Shown piece by piece: positions 31,504 to 42,593 of a stretch of DNA of 64,000 nt. The notes beneath the pieces are model-generated. The model ran no database searches. It was not told the origin of the DNA and worked only from the letters and a program-made list of their open reading frames with translations. This stretch comes from a virus (lineage: Duplodnaviria; Heunggongvirae; Uroviricota; Caudoviricetes). The position numbers and the translations under genes are program-made. The DNA lies in IMG/VR virus record IMGVR_UViG_3300028048_000043. One strand, given 5' to 3'. Position 1 is the first letter of the stretch. Each line of letters starts with the position of its first letter.

Positions 31504-33024
31504 ATGGCATCATCACTTCAAGAATCAGCCGCAAGATTCGCAAACACAATGCTTGCAAACCTAAACGCATCAGCCGCAAACACGGTTGGCGTTGATGTGA
31601 TGTGGTTCCGCGCAACACCTGATAAAAGAAGTCAGGATGTCATATTTCAATCATACACTCTTTACGGTGTTGAAGACTGTCCTATTTCATTCAGAGCTGT
31701 ATATTCTGACACAGGATATGATGATGGTGCAATCACATACAACATAATGGGGTTGAACTTCTCTATTCCTATGACACTTGATATACCTCTGTTAACATGG
31801 AAGAAAGCAACCGGTGATGATGGCACAATACCACAGGAAAAAGATGTCGTTTTTGTTCCTATTACAAGAAAACTTTTACAAGTAGCTAGCATGCAGCCAG
31901 TAAAAGCTATGGGCGGACAGCTAACTTCATATAAAGTTAACCTTGAAATCTACAAGCCAATGAGAAGCAGACTTGTTGGAGAAAACCTGAAAGAGTCGAT
32001 CGTGAACTCAACTACAAACCTCGACGAAAGATTCGGAGAAGATATCGACGAATCAATAAGAGACATTGTAGACGATAACCAGATATCTAAATACACATCT
32101 ACATCTGAAGATACACAAAAAGACGTAACAAAAGATGTAAACGACGTGACCGGAAAGAAAGAAGTTTCAATTATAAAATCATATGAGCTTATTGTTGACG
32201 GACATTCTGTTGCACGAAATTACTATGAGCTTTCTAGCGGAATAAAAACAGCGGTAAAATACAAGAAGCCTGATGAGTTTACAAAACAAGATTCAAGATG
32301 CTATTCTGCATGGATCAGAATAAAAACTATAAAACAACACAATCCTATTCCGCTTGGAACCAATTCTTCGCTTGAAAACGAAGATGGTGTGTATATTCTG
32401 AACGTGTCTTCGACGAAGGGGCTAAAACGGAATGAGAGAGTCATATTGAAGAGAGGTTTACTAAGTGTTCCTGGAAGAATAATATCTCCTGGAAGAATAG
32501 CTCTCAATAAAGAACAAGTTAAAGAACTCAACACTATGAACTCAGATTGGTACAAAATGCCAGGGTTCTCAATAAATCTTGACAATGATATAAGATTATT
32601 ATCCGGAGGAGATTTTGAAATCAGTATAGTCGGAATGAATACCGTTTCAATATTAAACGGGGAAGAAGAGAAATTTATAAGGTTTGATGAAGATTTAAAA
32701 CCAGACTCATGGTATGGTATCATTATCAATCTTGGTGAAAAGATATCTGTAGATGTATTTTCTTCTGAATCGGGTCTTGAAAGAATAAATCATGTTTCTG
32801 ACATAGAAAACAACATTTACGAAACAATTAAAGTTAAAAATTACAATCTTCCTTCATCAAACATAGACATAACTAACATAAGACTATACGATGTTCCAAA
32901 CATCGATGTTGATAAACAGATACTAGATCTTATATCGTATAACGCAAGAAACGACAGCCACGCTATAATAAACGATAGCGCTGACACATATCTAAATCAA
33001 CCATACATGGGTAAACAGAGATAA
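31504..33024 (+). CDS. Neck/head-closure protein (gp14-like N-terminus) with extra C-terminal beta domain
   Basis: GVDVMWF...DVIF..Y, PQEKDVVFVP..KLLQV pattern; ATAAATA at 31478. Confidence 0.5.
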   Translation: MASSLQESAARFANTMLANLNASAANTVGVDVMWFRATPDKRSQDVIFQSYTLYGVEDCPISFRAVYSDTGYDDGAITYNIMGLNFSIPMTLDIPLLTWKKATGDDGTIPQEKDVVFVPITRKLLQVASMQPVKAMGGQLTSYKVNLEIYKPMRSRLVGENLKESIVNSTTNLDERFGEDIDESIRDIVDDNQISKYTSTSEDTQKDVTKDVNDVTGKKEVSIIKSYELIVDGHSVARNYYELSSGIKTAVKYKKPDEFTKQDSRCYSAWIRIKTIKQHNPIPLGTNSSLENEDGVYILNVSSTKGLKRNERVILKRGLLSVPGRIISPGRIALNKEQVKELNTMNSDWYKMPGFSINLDNDIRLLSGGDFEISIVGMNTVSILNGEEEKFIRFDEDLKPDSWYGIIINLGEKISVDVFSSESGLERINHVSDIENNIYETIKVKNYNLPSSNIDITNIRLYDVPNIDVDKQILDLISYNARNDSHAIINDSADTYLNQPYMGKQR

Positions 33025-33027
33025 TAG

Positions 33028-35232
33028 ATGGCAGAATATAAAGATTTTCATTTTCCTTTCTTTGATACAAGGATATACAGAGAATTGAGGTTAGAACAAA
33101 CAGGTGAGGATGGCGATGTTCAAACCATGTCTCAACTGTACTATCCTCATTATACCTATGTTAAAAAGGATTCTGATGAAACGTACACGAATTCATATTC
33201 GTATGTTTCTGATTTTTATGAAACTGAACAGAGTATAATTCAGCAAATGGAAGAACTTGGTGATGCCGCAGATTCTTCAATAAAAGCTGGACTTCAATCA
33301 AAATTGAAGTTTGTAAGAGAACAGAAGAAAAAATATGCAAATCAGTATATAGGTCACAGATCCCTTGTTCATCCTTATGCCATAGTTAAACTCGCTGGTG
33401 CATCTGGAAACATGGACACGGCATCAAGAAATCTTACATATGATAATGCTATAAATAGAAGATTTTATGAAATAGACGGAGATGCTCGTGGAGGTTATGC
33501 AAAATCACCAACGACAACCACGCTCATAAAATGGGGAACAGAATCATATCGAGGAACCCAACCGTACGCATTTACAGATTTTGTATTTTGCAAGTGGTGG
33601 AACAGGATAGAAAATAACAGACTTATAACTTTAAGAAGATACGCCGAGCCAGTAACAGATCATATAGAATTTCCAGATTATGTGGTCGAAGAGTCTGGCG
33701 ACAATAAAGACGGATCATTCACAGATTCAAACAACAAAGTATGGTATGGAAAAAATTCAAAATCGGCATGGGTTCCGATGGCTACTGCCGTAACTTATTT
33801 TGGTGAAGAAACCGGGAATAAACTGTCCGATTTGCTATCATTTAGTGCAAAATATAACTGGAGACAACTTGGAGAAGACAATAAAAATCCTATAGAATTA
33901 TCTGCTCAACAAAGCGACGCTGGAGCAGACTTTATATCTGATAGTGGAGGAAGCCTTATCAGTAGCGGGCTCAGCGGAGGTCTTCAATTTATGTCTAAAA
34001 TGCTAGGCTTCCTCGGTGATGTTAATGGAAAGGGTGGAACAAACCTCGCTGGCGCAGCTGGTTCATCAATACCAGATCCATATAAAAGTGGTCAGTATGA
34101 AAACAGAATTCTTGGTCCAGTAAATGTGATAATGGACACTTACAAAAGAGAAAGAGGATTAAAGTTTACACAAGATGGGCTTAAGATAAAATTTGAATAT
34201 GTATCGAGACCGATTGCAGGTATAAACAATAAAGCGGTAATGCTAGATCTTTTAGCTAACATGCTGTTATTGACATACTCTTCCGGAACATGGTTTGGTG
34301 GGTTATGGAGATATAGATGTGATAGACCAGTAATGTATCCTTTTAAATTTGCCGACTCGATGAATGAAGTTTATAGGGGAAACTTATTTGGAAAAAACGG
34401 TGCAATAAATAAACTTGTTTCGTCAGCTTTCAATGAAAGTGGAGAAGGATTGGCTATAGCTCTTCCTGATATTGCTGGTGCAATTGGCGAATTGTTTTCA
34501 TCTGCTGTTAAATCTATAACAAACCTTTTCAAAAAAGATGACGGCGGAGAAGAAAGTGCTGATACCGGAAGATCTTTTAAAGATATCCTTGGCGACTTTG
34601 CATCAACAAAAACCGGAGCAGCGCTTCAAAAACAGATATCTGCGAGAGTTATGAAAGGAGCAACCGTTCCATACATCGGAAATCAACGTGCTTTGTTAAC
34701 TGGTGAACCAATTGGAAACTGGCATCTAACCATAGGAAATCCATTAAACCCTATAGCAACCATAGGAAATCTTATTGTAGAAGATACTGAAATAAAATTC
34801 AGTGACGAACTTGGACCAGACGATTTTCCAATCGGGTTTGAAGCAACGGTTACGTTGAAACATGGTCTTGGAAGAGATAGAGATGCTATTGAATCAATGT
34901 TCAATAGAGGCTACGGTAGAATATATAGTCTGTCATCAAAATTCAGAAGTACGGCTGATGGAGAAACAAAGGTAGACGAATTTACAGGTAACAACACTGA
35001 GCAAGGTAGAACGAAAGACGAATCGATGAGCGGTGTTCATACTATGTTTACAAATGCTGTTGCTTTCGTTGCAAAAATACAACAATCTGACTTAAAAAAC
35101 AGAGGTGCAATTTATGAAGGAACAACGGCTAACATAGAGTTCCTTTCACCAAAAATAAACACGGAAGAAAGATCTGATATGATTGTTCCTAGATATTTTG
35201 TAAACCCTTGGCAAATGGCAAATATAATGTAA
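33028..35232 (+). CDS. Putative baseplate/tail-tube-associated structural protein
   Basis: 734 aa in neck-baseplate operon; tube-like C-terminal strands. Confidence 0.45.
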   Translation: MAEYKDFHFPFFDTRIYRELRLEQTGEDGDVQTMSQLYYPHYTYVKKDSDETYTNSYSYVSDFYETEQSIIQQMEELGDAADSSIKAGLQSKLKFVREQKKKYANQYIGHRSLVHPYAIVKLAGASGNMDTASRNLTYDNAINRRFYEIDGDARGGYAKSPTTTTLIKWGTESYRGTQPYAFTDFVFCKWWNRIENNRLITLRRYAEPVTDHIEFPDYVVEESGDNKDGSFTDSNNKVWYGKNSKSAWVPMATAVTYFGEETGNKLSDLLSFSAKYNWRQLGEDNKNPIELSAQQSDAGADFISDSGGSLISSGLSGGLQFMSKMLGFLGDVNGKGGTNLAGAAGSSIPDPYKSGQYENRILGPVNVIMDTYKRERGLKFTQDGLKIKFEYVSRPIAGINNKAVMLDLLANMLLLTYSSGTWFGGLWRYRCDRPVMYPFKFADSMNEVYRGNLFGKNGAINKLVSSAFNESGEGLAIALPDIAGAIGELFSSAVKSITNLFKKDDGGEESADTGRSFKDILGDFASTKTGAALQKQISARVMKGATVPYIGNQRALLTGEPIGNWHLTIGNPLNPIATIGNLIVEDTEIKFSDELGPDDFPIGFEATVTLKHGLGRDRDAIESMFNRGYGRIYSLSSKFRSTADGETKVDEFTGNNTEQGRTKDESMSGVHTMFTNAVAFVAKIQQSDLKNRGAIYEGTTANIEFLSPKINTEERSDMIVPRYFVNPWQMANIM

Positions 35233-35237
35233 TTAAC

Positions 35238-35972
35238 ATGACTAAAGAAGAATTGATACAAATGGTTGTCGATGAGATAACAGTTTCTGGTTCCCTTGAT
35301 ATAGAAGTCAATGAGAAAGAGGTTGCGCGTATCATCGAAGCCGAGAAAAAATACGTTCACCGTGAATGGAGAGATACGGTTGAGCTTCGATATGGATATG
35401 TTTCAGTCGACGCTTTCAGAAGACCAGAGTTTAAAGCGTCAAGAACAATTCAGTTGCCTCCATGCGTATGGGGTGTAGAAGAATTTAGAGAAATAAAAGA
35501 CTCTGCAAGATTGTTCGGGATTAATGATCCTGATCTAAATTTCGACAGAGTTATGAATTCTGACCTTTATTTAGCAGGACCATTTATGAGTGATATCATA
35601 ACATCAAGAACTATAAGTTATAGTTTCTTTGATTTGGCTAGGAGTTTTACTCTCTATGATATTGGGTTTAAATTTAACATAAACACAAAAAGAATTAAGA
35701 TAACTGGGCACGATCCATTGAATCCCGTTCTTATAAGATGTTATGTCGAAATTGAGGACTCTGCTCTATACGACGACTACTATTTCCAGAGATGGATTAT
35801 AGCAAGATGTAAGAGACAAATACATAGAGTATTAAAGACTTATGAAACGACTCTTATAGGAAACGTACAACTGACTGCTATGTATGAGGAGCAGGGTAAA
35901 ACGGAAATGGATGAGATTAAAGAAACAATTGACAAAAGACAACCACCAGATTGGTTCCTTATGTTCCCATAA
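35238..35972 (+). CDS. Neck protein (T4 gp13-like)
   Basis: MTKEELI...LDIEV, WIIARCKRQ, EQGKTEMDEIKE...PPDWF; ATG 35238 preferred. Confidence 0.65.
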   Translation: MTKEELIQMVVDEITVSGSLDIEVNEKEVARIIEAEKKYVHREWRDTVELRYGYVSVDAFRRPEFKASRTIQLPPCVWGVEEFREIKDSARLFGINDPDLNFDRVMNSDLYLAGPFMSDIITSRTISYSFFDLARSFTLYDIGFKFNINTKRIKITGHDPLNPVLIRCYVEIEDSALYDDYYFQRWIIARCKRQIHRVLKTYETTLIGNVQLTAMYEEQGKTEMDEIKETIDKRQPPDWFLMFP

Positions 35973-36020
35973 TAAATTGATGATTCTTGGAATATTTTTT
36001 AAATCAAACATATAAGATAG

Positions 36021-36623
36021 ATGTTTTCAAAGACATTAGATTCTAAAAATACATACGTAAACTCAGATGGAGATATTGTTGTAGATCTTGCCGACGGAAT
36101 ATTCGACATGAATAAAAAGATGACGGCAATATGTTCCATATTTAAAGCAACAAAAAGACACGAGATGAGACCAGACAAGGTTTCATTGGATCTTTATGGC
36201 ACAACAACATACACTGAAATGATTTTGAAATATGCTATGATTGAAAATCCTTTCAGTATTGAAGCAGAGGACATGATATTTTCCCCGAAAATAGAATCAA
36301 TATATCTTCCTATAAAAGAAGATTATGAAACAAACAACGGGGTGTTTGATGCGATAAAGAACATGCACAAATATATAGATAAATCTAAAGTTCCTGATAA
36401 ACCTGGTTCAGATTCTGTCGATAAATCTATCGGAAAAGAACCAACTGAACCAAATATATCAAAAACCGGAAGTTCTGGTGTTACAGTAAGGAACGGAAAA
36501 ATATATTTTGGAGCATTAGACGAAAAACTCAAGAGTGTAGAGTCTCCTATTGTAGATTGTGCTACAGATGGAACAAGTTTGGGTGATTTTTTGAATGCAG
36601 TATTAAGAAACAACAACACATAA
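36021..36623 (+). CDS. Baseplate wedge protein (gp53-like, LysM-like)
   Basis: MRPDKVSLDLYG....EMILKYAMIENPF. Confidence 0.7.
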   Translation: MFSKTLDSKNTYVNSDGDIVVDLADGIFDMNKKMTAICSIFKATKRHEMRPDKVSLDLYGTTTYTEMILKYAMIENPFSIEAEDMIFSPKIESIYLPIKEDYETNNGVFDAIKNMHKYIDKSKVPDKPGSDSVDKSIGKEPTEPNISKTGSSGVTVRNGKIYFGALDEKLKSVESPIVDCATDGTSLGDFLNAVLRNNNT

Positions 36624-36627
36624 TATT

Positions 36628-38235
36628 TTGGCTGATTATAAGTTTGACATAAAAACAGATGCTCCTGCATCATATTCAACACCTGAAGACGACAAATCAA
36701 TTGTACGTCTCGTCGAAGACCCGGATATCAAAAAAACGATAAAATTCGACGAGATGTCTTACTCTCCGAATTATGGACCAAACGATATTCAAGGTGGAGA
36801 TAAATCAACGGATGATATGGGTTTACTTTTTCCGGCTATAAGAATAAACGACATGATGATGCCAAGATCTTGTATAACCAAGATGAAGATTTCTATGGCT
36901 GGTTTTGTTCCAACTATAGTTCTTTTTCTTGATTTTGAAGACAGAACATTTATCAGTAAAAGTATGCCAAAGGACGGCGATATGATATCTCTGTTTCTTC
37001 GTTCATCAACGAATGCATTGTCGTATATAAGGGCAGATTTTATTATTACGTCAGGAGGGTCAAAAACTGGAAGCACACTAAGTTCAAGATGTTCGTTGAA
37101 ATTATTCGGAAGAATGTATATTGACAAATTTGATGTAAAGAACACATGTGAAGCGTACGCCGGAACATCGAAAAATGTCTTAATGCAACTTTCTAAAAAA
37201 CTTGGAATAGGTTTCGCGTTTAACGACTTTGAGGATTCAAACGATTATCAAAATTGGATAAGATGTAGAGAATCAATCGAGACTTTTGTAGGAAACGTTA
37301 TATCTCACGCCTGGAAAGACAATACGTCGTTTTTCAAATCATGGATAGACTTATATTACAATCTTTGTTATGTAAACGTTAATAAATTCCTTTTAAGTGA
37401 CGGCAACGAAGAAAAGGTTGATATGACGTTTTTCTCAAATATCGTTGACGCTTATAATTTACAAAGTCCAGAACAAGATGTAAACGAAGCGAAAGCCACA
37501 CCGAAAATACTCACAAACGCTGCAAATTTTAAAAGGGGACCGTTTTATATAAAAAACTGGTATCCTAAGAATGTTTCTACTGGCATCTCGCTATCTGTAG
37601 GATATTCTACAAGCGTATATCAATTTCTTCATAACCAGGAAATTTTATCAAAGGATCAAAACGATTCTTTCAGTTTACTTGAAATGATACCTGCATATGA
37701 TCCTAAAAAAACAGATAGCAATATCATTCTTCGAGGAAGATCAAGATATGATAGCGGTGCCAATCCTGATGGTGAAATGGAAAGAGTGAATTATAATTTT
37801 GTTGACACTTACAATAGAGTTGCCTGGAGTGGCGTAGAGTACACTATGAGCGATAATGATAAAGATACATCACCAAACGAATGGAAGGGAAATGTTCATA
37901 AGAATTACGGAAACGCTCTTTATCATAACGAACAGAATCTTGCAGAACTTGATAAAATGTACTTGTATGTTGAAGTATCCGGTTTGAATCTTCAAATAAT
38001 GAAGGGTGAACGGGTTCCTGTATACATTCTACACAATAACAAAATAGAAGAAGATCGTTATAACAGTTTTTCAAAGAATGATTTACCGATTGAAGGAAAC
38101 CGCTTTTATTCTGGATATTATTATGTAGATTCAATAGAGTATGAATATGATTTAAAAAACACTGAAGATACAAGTCCATATACAACGAAATACATATTAA
38201 AAAGAAGAGAGTGGCCAACACCTGAAGCAATTTAA
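36628..38235 (+). CDS. Baseplate hub protein (gp27-like)
   Basis: Between gp53- and gp5-like genes; YSGYYYVDSIEY..TKYILKRR hub-type C-terminus. Confidence 0.55.
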   Translation: MADYKFDIKTDAPASYSTPEDDKSIVRLVEDPDIKKTIKFDEMSYSPNYGPNDIQGGDKSTDDMGLLFPAIRINDMMMPRSCITKMKISMAGFVPTIVLFLDFEDRTFISKSMPKDGDMISLFLRSSTNALSYIRADFIITSGGSKTGSTLSSRCSLKLFGRMYIDKFDVKNTCEAYAGTSKNVLMQLSKKLGIGFAFNDFEDSNDYQNWIRCRESIETFVGNVISHAWKDNTSFFKSWIDLYYNLCYVNVNKFLLSDGNEEKVDMTFFSNIVDAYNLQSPEQDVNEAKATPKILTNAANFKRGPFYIKNWYPKNVSTGISLSVGYSTSVYQFLHNQEILSKDQNDSFSLLEMIPAYDPKKTDSNIILRGRSRYDSGANPDGEMERVNYNFVDTYNRVAWSGVEYTMSDNDKDTSPNEWKGNVHKNYGNALYHNEQNLAELDKMYLYVEVSGLNLQIMKGERVPVYILHNNKIEEDRYNSFSKNDLPIEGNRFYSGYYYVDSIEYEYDLKNTEDTSPYTTKYILKRREWPTPEAI

Positions 38236-38247
38236 CAGAAATACAAA

Positions 38248-40839
38248 ATGGCAATTACAGATACAATACTTAATGCCGGAAAGGGTTACGGAAATGCACT
38301 GAGTTCAATACAGAATTTGAGTTCAGCGACATCCGGCTACGCAAACATAATAAAAAGCTTCACACGTTCAAAAGAAGAAGGGATACCTTCCAGGATAAGA
38401 GATTTTTATACAAACGGTTTTCTACCAGATGTAAAAAACGGAAGTGCGTTTGTTCCTAACTTCTTTGCAAGGGCATTTGATGAACCAACATATCTTACAT
38501 TTAGAATCGAATTCATGTTTGAAAACGATTTTAGAAATTATGTTTATGACAACAATGATTTGTTTTTTACTAGTCTCAAAACAACACAAGCTGATGCAAT
38601 GTACGATAACCTTCCTGAACCATTTTTAGAAGATTATTCGCCAGCAAGAACAAAAACAGCAAGGTTGATAGATGTTGTGGAAGAAGATGAAGACGCTGAC
38701 CCGATAGAAGTTGATATGGGAGACGGAATAATAGATTATGAATATCCAACAAAAAAAATTGGAGAACTTGTTCATCCTGAAGACGGAGATTTAGCATCAG
38801 ATTATAATCATAGATACAGAAACTTGATGAATATGCGTAGTGATCCGACAAAGGATCCAAACTATGAAAATAAAATCTCATCCAGCAGATATTCAACAGA
38901 ATGGTATCTAAGACACAGTATAGGTGACAGAAGAAGAGCTAACATGCTCAAGACATTTAAGCTTGCATTAAAAGATATAGAAAGGGTATTTCCTTTCTAT
39001 TTCAGAAGCATATCTGGTCTAAAATCTTTAACGGATGTCGATTCAGCAAGAGGCACGCGTTTGAAAGATACTGTCATTACAATAGATTGTCTTGAGGCTC
39101 TTGATTTAAGAATAACACAGCTACTCAATCTTTATAGAAAAATAGTTTGGGATGATGTCTATCAGAGATGGGCGCTCCCAGATATGATGAGATTTTTCGG
39201 AATGAAAATATATGTTTCCGAAATAAGAATGTTTCATGACTGGAAGAAAGCCTCTGGTAAGAGGATAAAGGCATCTGATTATATAGGAACAAGACTAGAA
39301 AAAATGAACGATTCCCATTATTCTGAAGATGGAAATAAACTAAATAACGCTCTTAATGGTATACAAGGGTGGGCAACAAGAGCATCAGCTATATCAAATT
39401 CATATCTTGGTACAAAGAGCAACATAACGAAGGCGATAGACCTTGCATCAAGCACATATGGAACAGCTATGTCCGTTTATAATAACGTTATGGATATAAT
39501 AAACGATATGTACGCTTGCGATAACGCTATAAACGCTGTTATGCCTACAATTTGCTATGAGTGCCATATGTGCGAATTCGATATTAGTGAAACAATGGGA
39601 CACATCGACTCTCTCGACTCATGGAATAGTCGTAAAGAAATTTCACCAAAAATAAAGATAAAGGTTGGTCAAGTAAAAGAGTATCAGGATTATCCTTTGA
39701 ACAGATATTTAAAAATGGATGAAGGAAAGGGTGTATACAAATATAGTGGTAACACATTAGATGCTGATGGAAATAACGTTGATCGCGGAACACACATAAG
39801 TGACAATCTTTTAGCAAAAAGAAGAAAAGATTTAACTGATAGCAGAAACAATTATGCTGATGGTGATGATAATGTAACAGACATAAAAGCGAATTATAAA
39901 AAATATAGTGACGCTATTAATAAAAACTCAAAAAACAAATCTCTTAAGGACAATCCTCTAAATTATCGTCCAGAACTCGTTACAGCGCACGATGGAGCAA
40001 TGAGCTTAACAGCATCTTTACTAAACGAAGGTGTTGAAGTTGGAAGACGCTTTACAAAAAACAGCGCAGAAGGCGCTGCTTGGTTGGGGTCATACAGCAC
40101 GGCAACTACACCATACGGTTGGCTGGAAAAAACAGAACAAAACAGAATAGACTCAGTTAAGCAACAATTGGATCTTGCTACGGAAAGAGCAATGGAAAGT
40201 TCTGGCTTCTATATAAAAATAGAAGATTTTGCTAAAAACTTTACAGTCAAAAATGACAAGGTTTTAACAGATGATGAAATAAAAGCTTTCATTGAAGAAT
40301 ATAAGAATGCCATAATTTATGGTTTATCAAATAAATCCGGCGCGGGGTTTAACGACAACACGAAGCGAATCAATAATTTCGTAGAACAGTTTGATTCCGA
40401 AATTAGCGATGTTCAATCAAACATCCTTAACGAAAATAAAGTGGATTCTTTCAAGCGTTCAATAGACGAATACAGCGATGAGATGATATCTAAAGCAACA
40501 TCTCCAGACGATCACGAAATTAACAAAATGGACGCAATCAAAGAAATGTTAGACGCTGCTGTAGAGAAGATATATAATGGTAGTGAAATTCAATCAATGT
40601 CCGTTGATGATAAAACGAAAGCTAGAATAGCCGATGATATGTTTGAAAAGTTTATAGAAAACATAGAATCATCGAGAGCTACAGAAAACGAAGAATTAAA
40701 AAGATTTATACAGGCTTATAGAACAATAACATCAAACGAAAAGAAAGAAGATGATTATTACAATTCTCTGGCAACGGAAACAAAAATGCCGGACAGCTAT
40801 GTAAAAGAATTTTCTTCTGTTTTTGAACGAATCAATTAA
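38248..40839 (+). CDS. Putative tail/baseplate structural protein
   Basis: 863-aa ORF within baseplate operon. Confidence 0.5.
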   Translation: MAITDTILNAGKGYGNALSSIQNLSSATSGYANIIKSFTRSKEEGIPSRIRDFYTNGFLPDVKNGSAFVPNFFARAFDEPTYLTFRIEFMFENDFRNYVYDNNDLFFTSLKTTQADAMYDNLPEPFLEDYSPARTKTARLIDVVEEDEDADPIEVDMGDGIIDYEYPTKKIGELVHPEDGDLASDYNHRYRNLMNMRSDPTKDPNYENKISSSRYSTEWYLRHSIGDRRRANMLKTFKLALKDIERVFPFYFRSISGLKSLTDVDSARGTRLKDTVITIDCLEALDLRITQLLNLYRKIVWDDVYQRWALPDMMRFFGMKIYVSEIRMFHDWKKASGKRIKASDYIGTRLEKMNDSHYSEDGNKLNNALNGIQGWATRASAISNSYLGTKSNITKAIDLASSTYGTAMSVYNNVMDIINDMYACDNAINAVMPTICYECHMCEFDISETMGHIDSLDSWNSRKEISPKIKIKVGQVKEYQDYPLNRYLKMDEGKGVYKYSGNTLDADGNNVDRGTHISDNLLAKRRKDLTDSRNNYADGDDNVTDIKANYKKYSDAINKNSKNKSLKDNPLNYRPELVTAHDGAMSLTASLLNEGVEVGRRFTKNSAEGAAWLGSYSTATTPYGWLEKTEQNRIDSVKQQLDLATERAMESSGFYIKIEDFAKNFTVKNDKVLTDDEIKAFIEEYKNAIIYGLSNKSGAGFNDNTKRINNFVEQFDSEISDVQSNILNENKVDSFKRSIDEYSDEMISKATSPDDHEINKMDAIKEMLDAAVEKIYNGSEIQSMSVDDKTKARIADDMFEKFIENIESSRATENEELKRFIQAYRTITSNEKKEDDYYNSLATETKMPDSYVKEFSSVFERIN

Positions 40840-40841
40840 AG

Positions 40842-41606
40842 ATGGGAATTTTACCTGGAGAATATATAGGACGCGTAGTCTATAACGAAGACCCTACATT
40901 TTCTGGAAGATGTAAGGTAAGGGTGTTTGGCATATTTGATGATTTAAAGGACGAAGATCTTCCTTGGTTCGCTCCACACACATCAACAGTTTTCAGCAGC
41001 GGTAAAGGATTTGGTTCGTTATCTGTACCTAAAATAGACTCGATAGTAAGAGTTCAATTTGGAAACGAAGACCCTTATTCTGGAGAGTATACTAATATAC
41101 AGAATATAGACCCGGCACTTATCGATGAAATAAAATCTGACTACCAAAATACCCATGTCCTTTTATACGACAGTGAAAAGGATGTTCTTATAATATATCA
41201 GCCGATGACAGGATTAAAATTATGGCTGGCCGGAACACTTATAAAACTTGACGCGGATGGTTCTATACAACTGAAGCATAGAAACAATTCTAACGTAATC
41301 GAGCTTAATAACAACACAATTAACATAGTAACGACAGGAAGCGATGGCAACGGAGCTAACCTTGATGGAACGATCAATATATCATCTGGAGCAACAGTAA
41401 ATATAACAGCTCCGACAGTCAATGTCAATGCCGACAGTATAGCTCTTGGTAAAAATGCGAATGATAAAGCTGTAAAAGGAGGTCAATTAGTAAAGGTTTT
41501 ACAACAGATTGTTACGGAACTTAACACCAAGTTTCCTCAAGGCGCTTCAACTCTTGTCGGAAAAGACTTTTCAGAGATACTTTCCGACACAGTTACATTA
41601 AACTAA
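40842..41606 (+). CDS. Baseplate spike protein (gp5/gpV-like, OB fold plus beta helix)
   Basis: GRVVYNEDPTFSGRCKVRVFG...LPW...SVPKIDSIVRVQF; no lysozyme domain visible. Confidence 0.85.
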   Translation: MGILPGEYIGRVVYNEDPTFSGRCKVRVFGIFDDLKDEDLPWFAPHTSTVFSSGKGFGSLSVPKIDSIVRVQFGNEDPYSGEYTNIQNIDPALIDEIKSDYQNTHVLLYDSEKDVLIIYQPMTGLKLWLAGTLIKLDADGSIQLKHRNNSNVIELNNNTINIVTTGSDGNGANLDGTINISSGATVNITAPTVNVNADSIALGKNANDKAVKGGQLVKVLQQIVTELNTKFPQGASTLVGKDFSEILSDTVTLN

Positions 41607-41664
41607 TAATCAATTAGTTACAGAAGTCAGATAAAATTTTTTTAAAAATTTATTCAAAAAGTTG

Positions 41665-41692
41665 AAACTTTTTTGAACATTCTGCATATAAT
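41665..41692 (+). promoter_or_regulatory. Candidate phage ECF-sigma promoter AAAC-N15-GCATATAAT
   Basis: GAAACTTTTTTGAACATTCTGCATATAAT. Confidence 0.6.
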
Positions 41693-41807
41693 TTTTGAGA
41701 GAAAAGAAAAAAGGAGATTATATAATATATATATAATTACGCACGCGTAAATCGCTGAGTGTCGCGCCGTAGGCGCCATGATTTAAAACTGGTTTCAGAA
41801 TAATCAT

Positions 41808-42593
41808 ATGAACGCTGTGATTGAATTTTTGTTAGGAATAGTTAAGAAGTCGTTTGAATATATCGTAAAGTTTTTCAAATGGATGTTTTCTTCATGGAAA
41901 AACGTTCTTATTATTTTGTTTGCAGCGTTAGCTGTATTTCTTTATTTTAATTATAGAAGCGTAAAACATGATCTTGATAATGTCGTTATCGAGAGAAATG
42001 ATAGTTTAAAAGTTTACAGGAATAAGGTCGGTGAATTGTATGCAGAAAGAGAAACTTATATTACAGACAATAAACATTTGAAAGAATCGAATTCTGAACT
42101 GTATGCTGAATTGAAAAAACTAAAGGATAATCCAATTATCATTACAAAGGTCGAGACAGTTACTGAAATAAAAGAAATCTACATTAAAGACTCTACTCAG
42201 GTGATTGGTCCGGATCAATATAAATCTAATTTCTCTTACGCTGACAAATGGTGCAATATAAGCGGATATAGCATCCTCGATACAAAACTTCTAACTAACG
42301 AAACTTTCTTCAATGCTATAAGTTTTCCGAATATAATTACGTTAGATCTTATAGAAAGTAAAAAGAAAGGAGAGATATCATTTGTCGCAAAGTCGGATAA
42401 TCCTTATTGTCAAATAAATAATTTAAACGGAGTCGTGCTTTCTCCAGAGAGTTCAAAGGCTTTACAGAAACGCTTCGATAAAAAATGGGTCGTCGTAGCT
42501 GGAATAGGAGCCACTGTAACGGTTGTAGATAACAATGTGAAAGTTTTACCTGGATTGCAGATAACGTTTGGAAGAAAATTGTTTGCATTTTAA
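41808..42593 (+). CDS. Membrane-anchored coiled-coil protein, spanin-like
   Basis: N-terminal TM (VLIILFAALAVFLYF), coiled coil, C-terminal amphipathic beta hairpin ending in Phe. Confidence 0.55.
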   Translation: MNAVIEFLLGIVKKSFEYIVKFFKWMFSSWKNVLIILFAALAVFLYFNYRSVKHDLDNVVIERNDSLKVYRNKVGELYAERETYITDNKHLKESNSELYAELKKLKDNPIIITKVETVTEIKEIYIKDSTQVIGPDQYKSNFSYADKWCNISGYSILDTKLLTNETFFNAISFPNIITLDLIESKKKGEISFVAKSDNPYCQINNLNGVVLSPESSKALQKRFDKKWVVVAGIGATVTVVDNNVKVLPGLQITFGRKLFAF

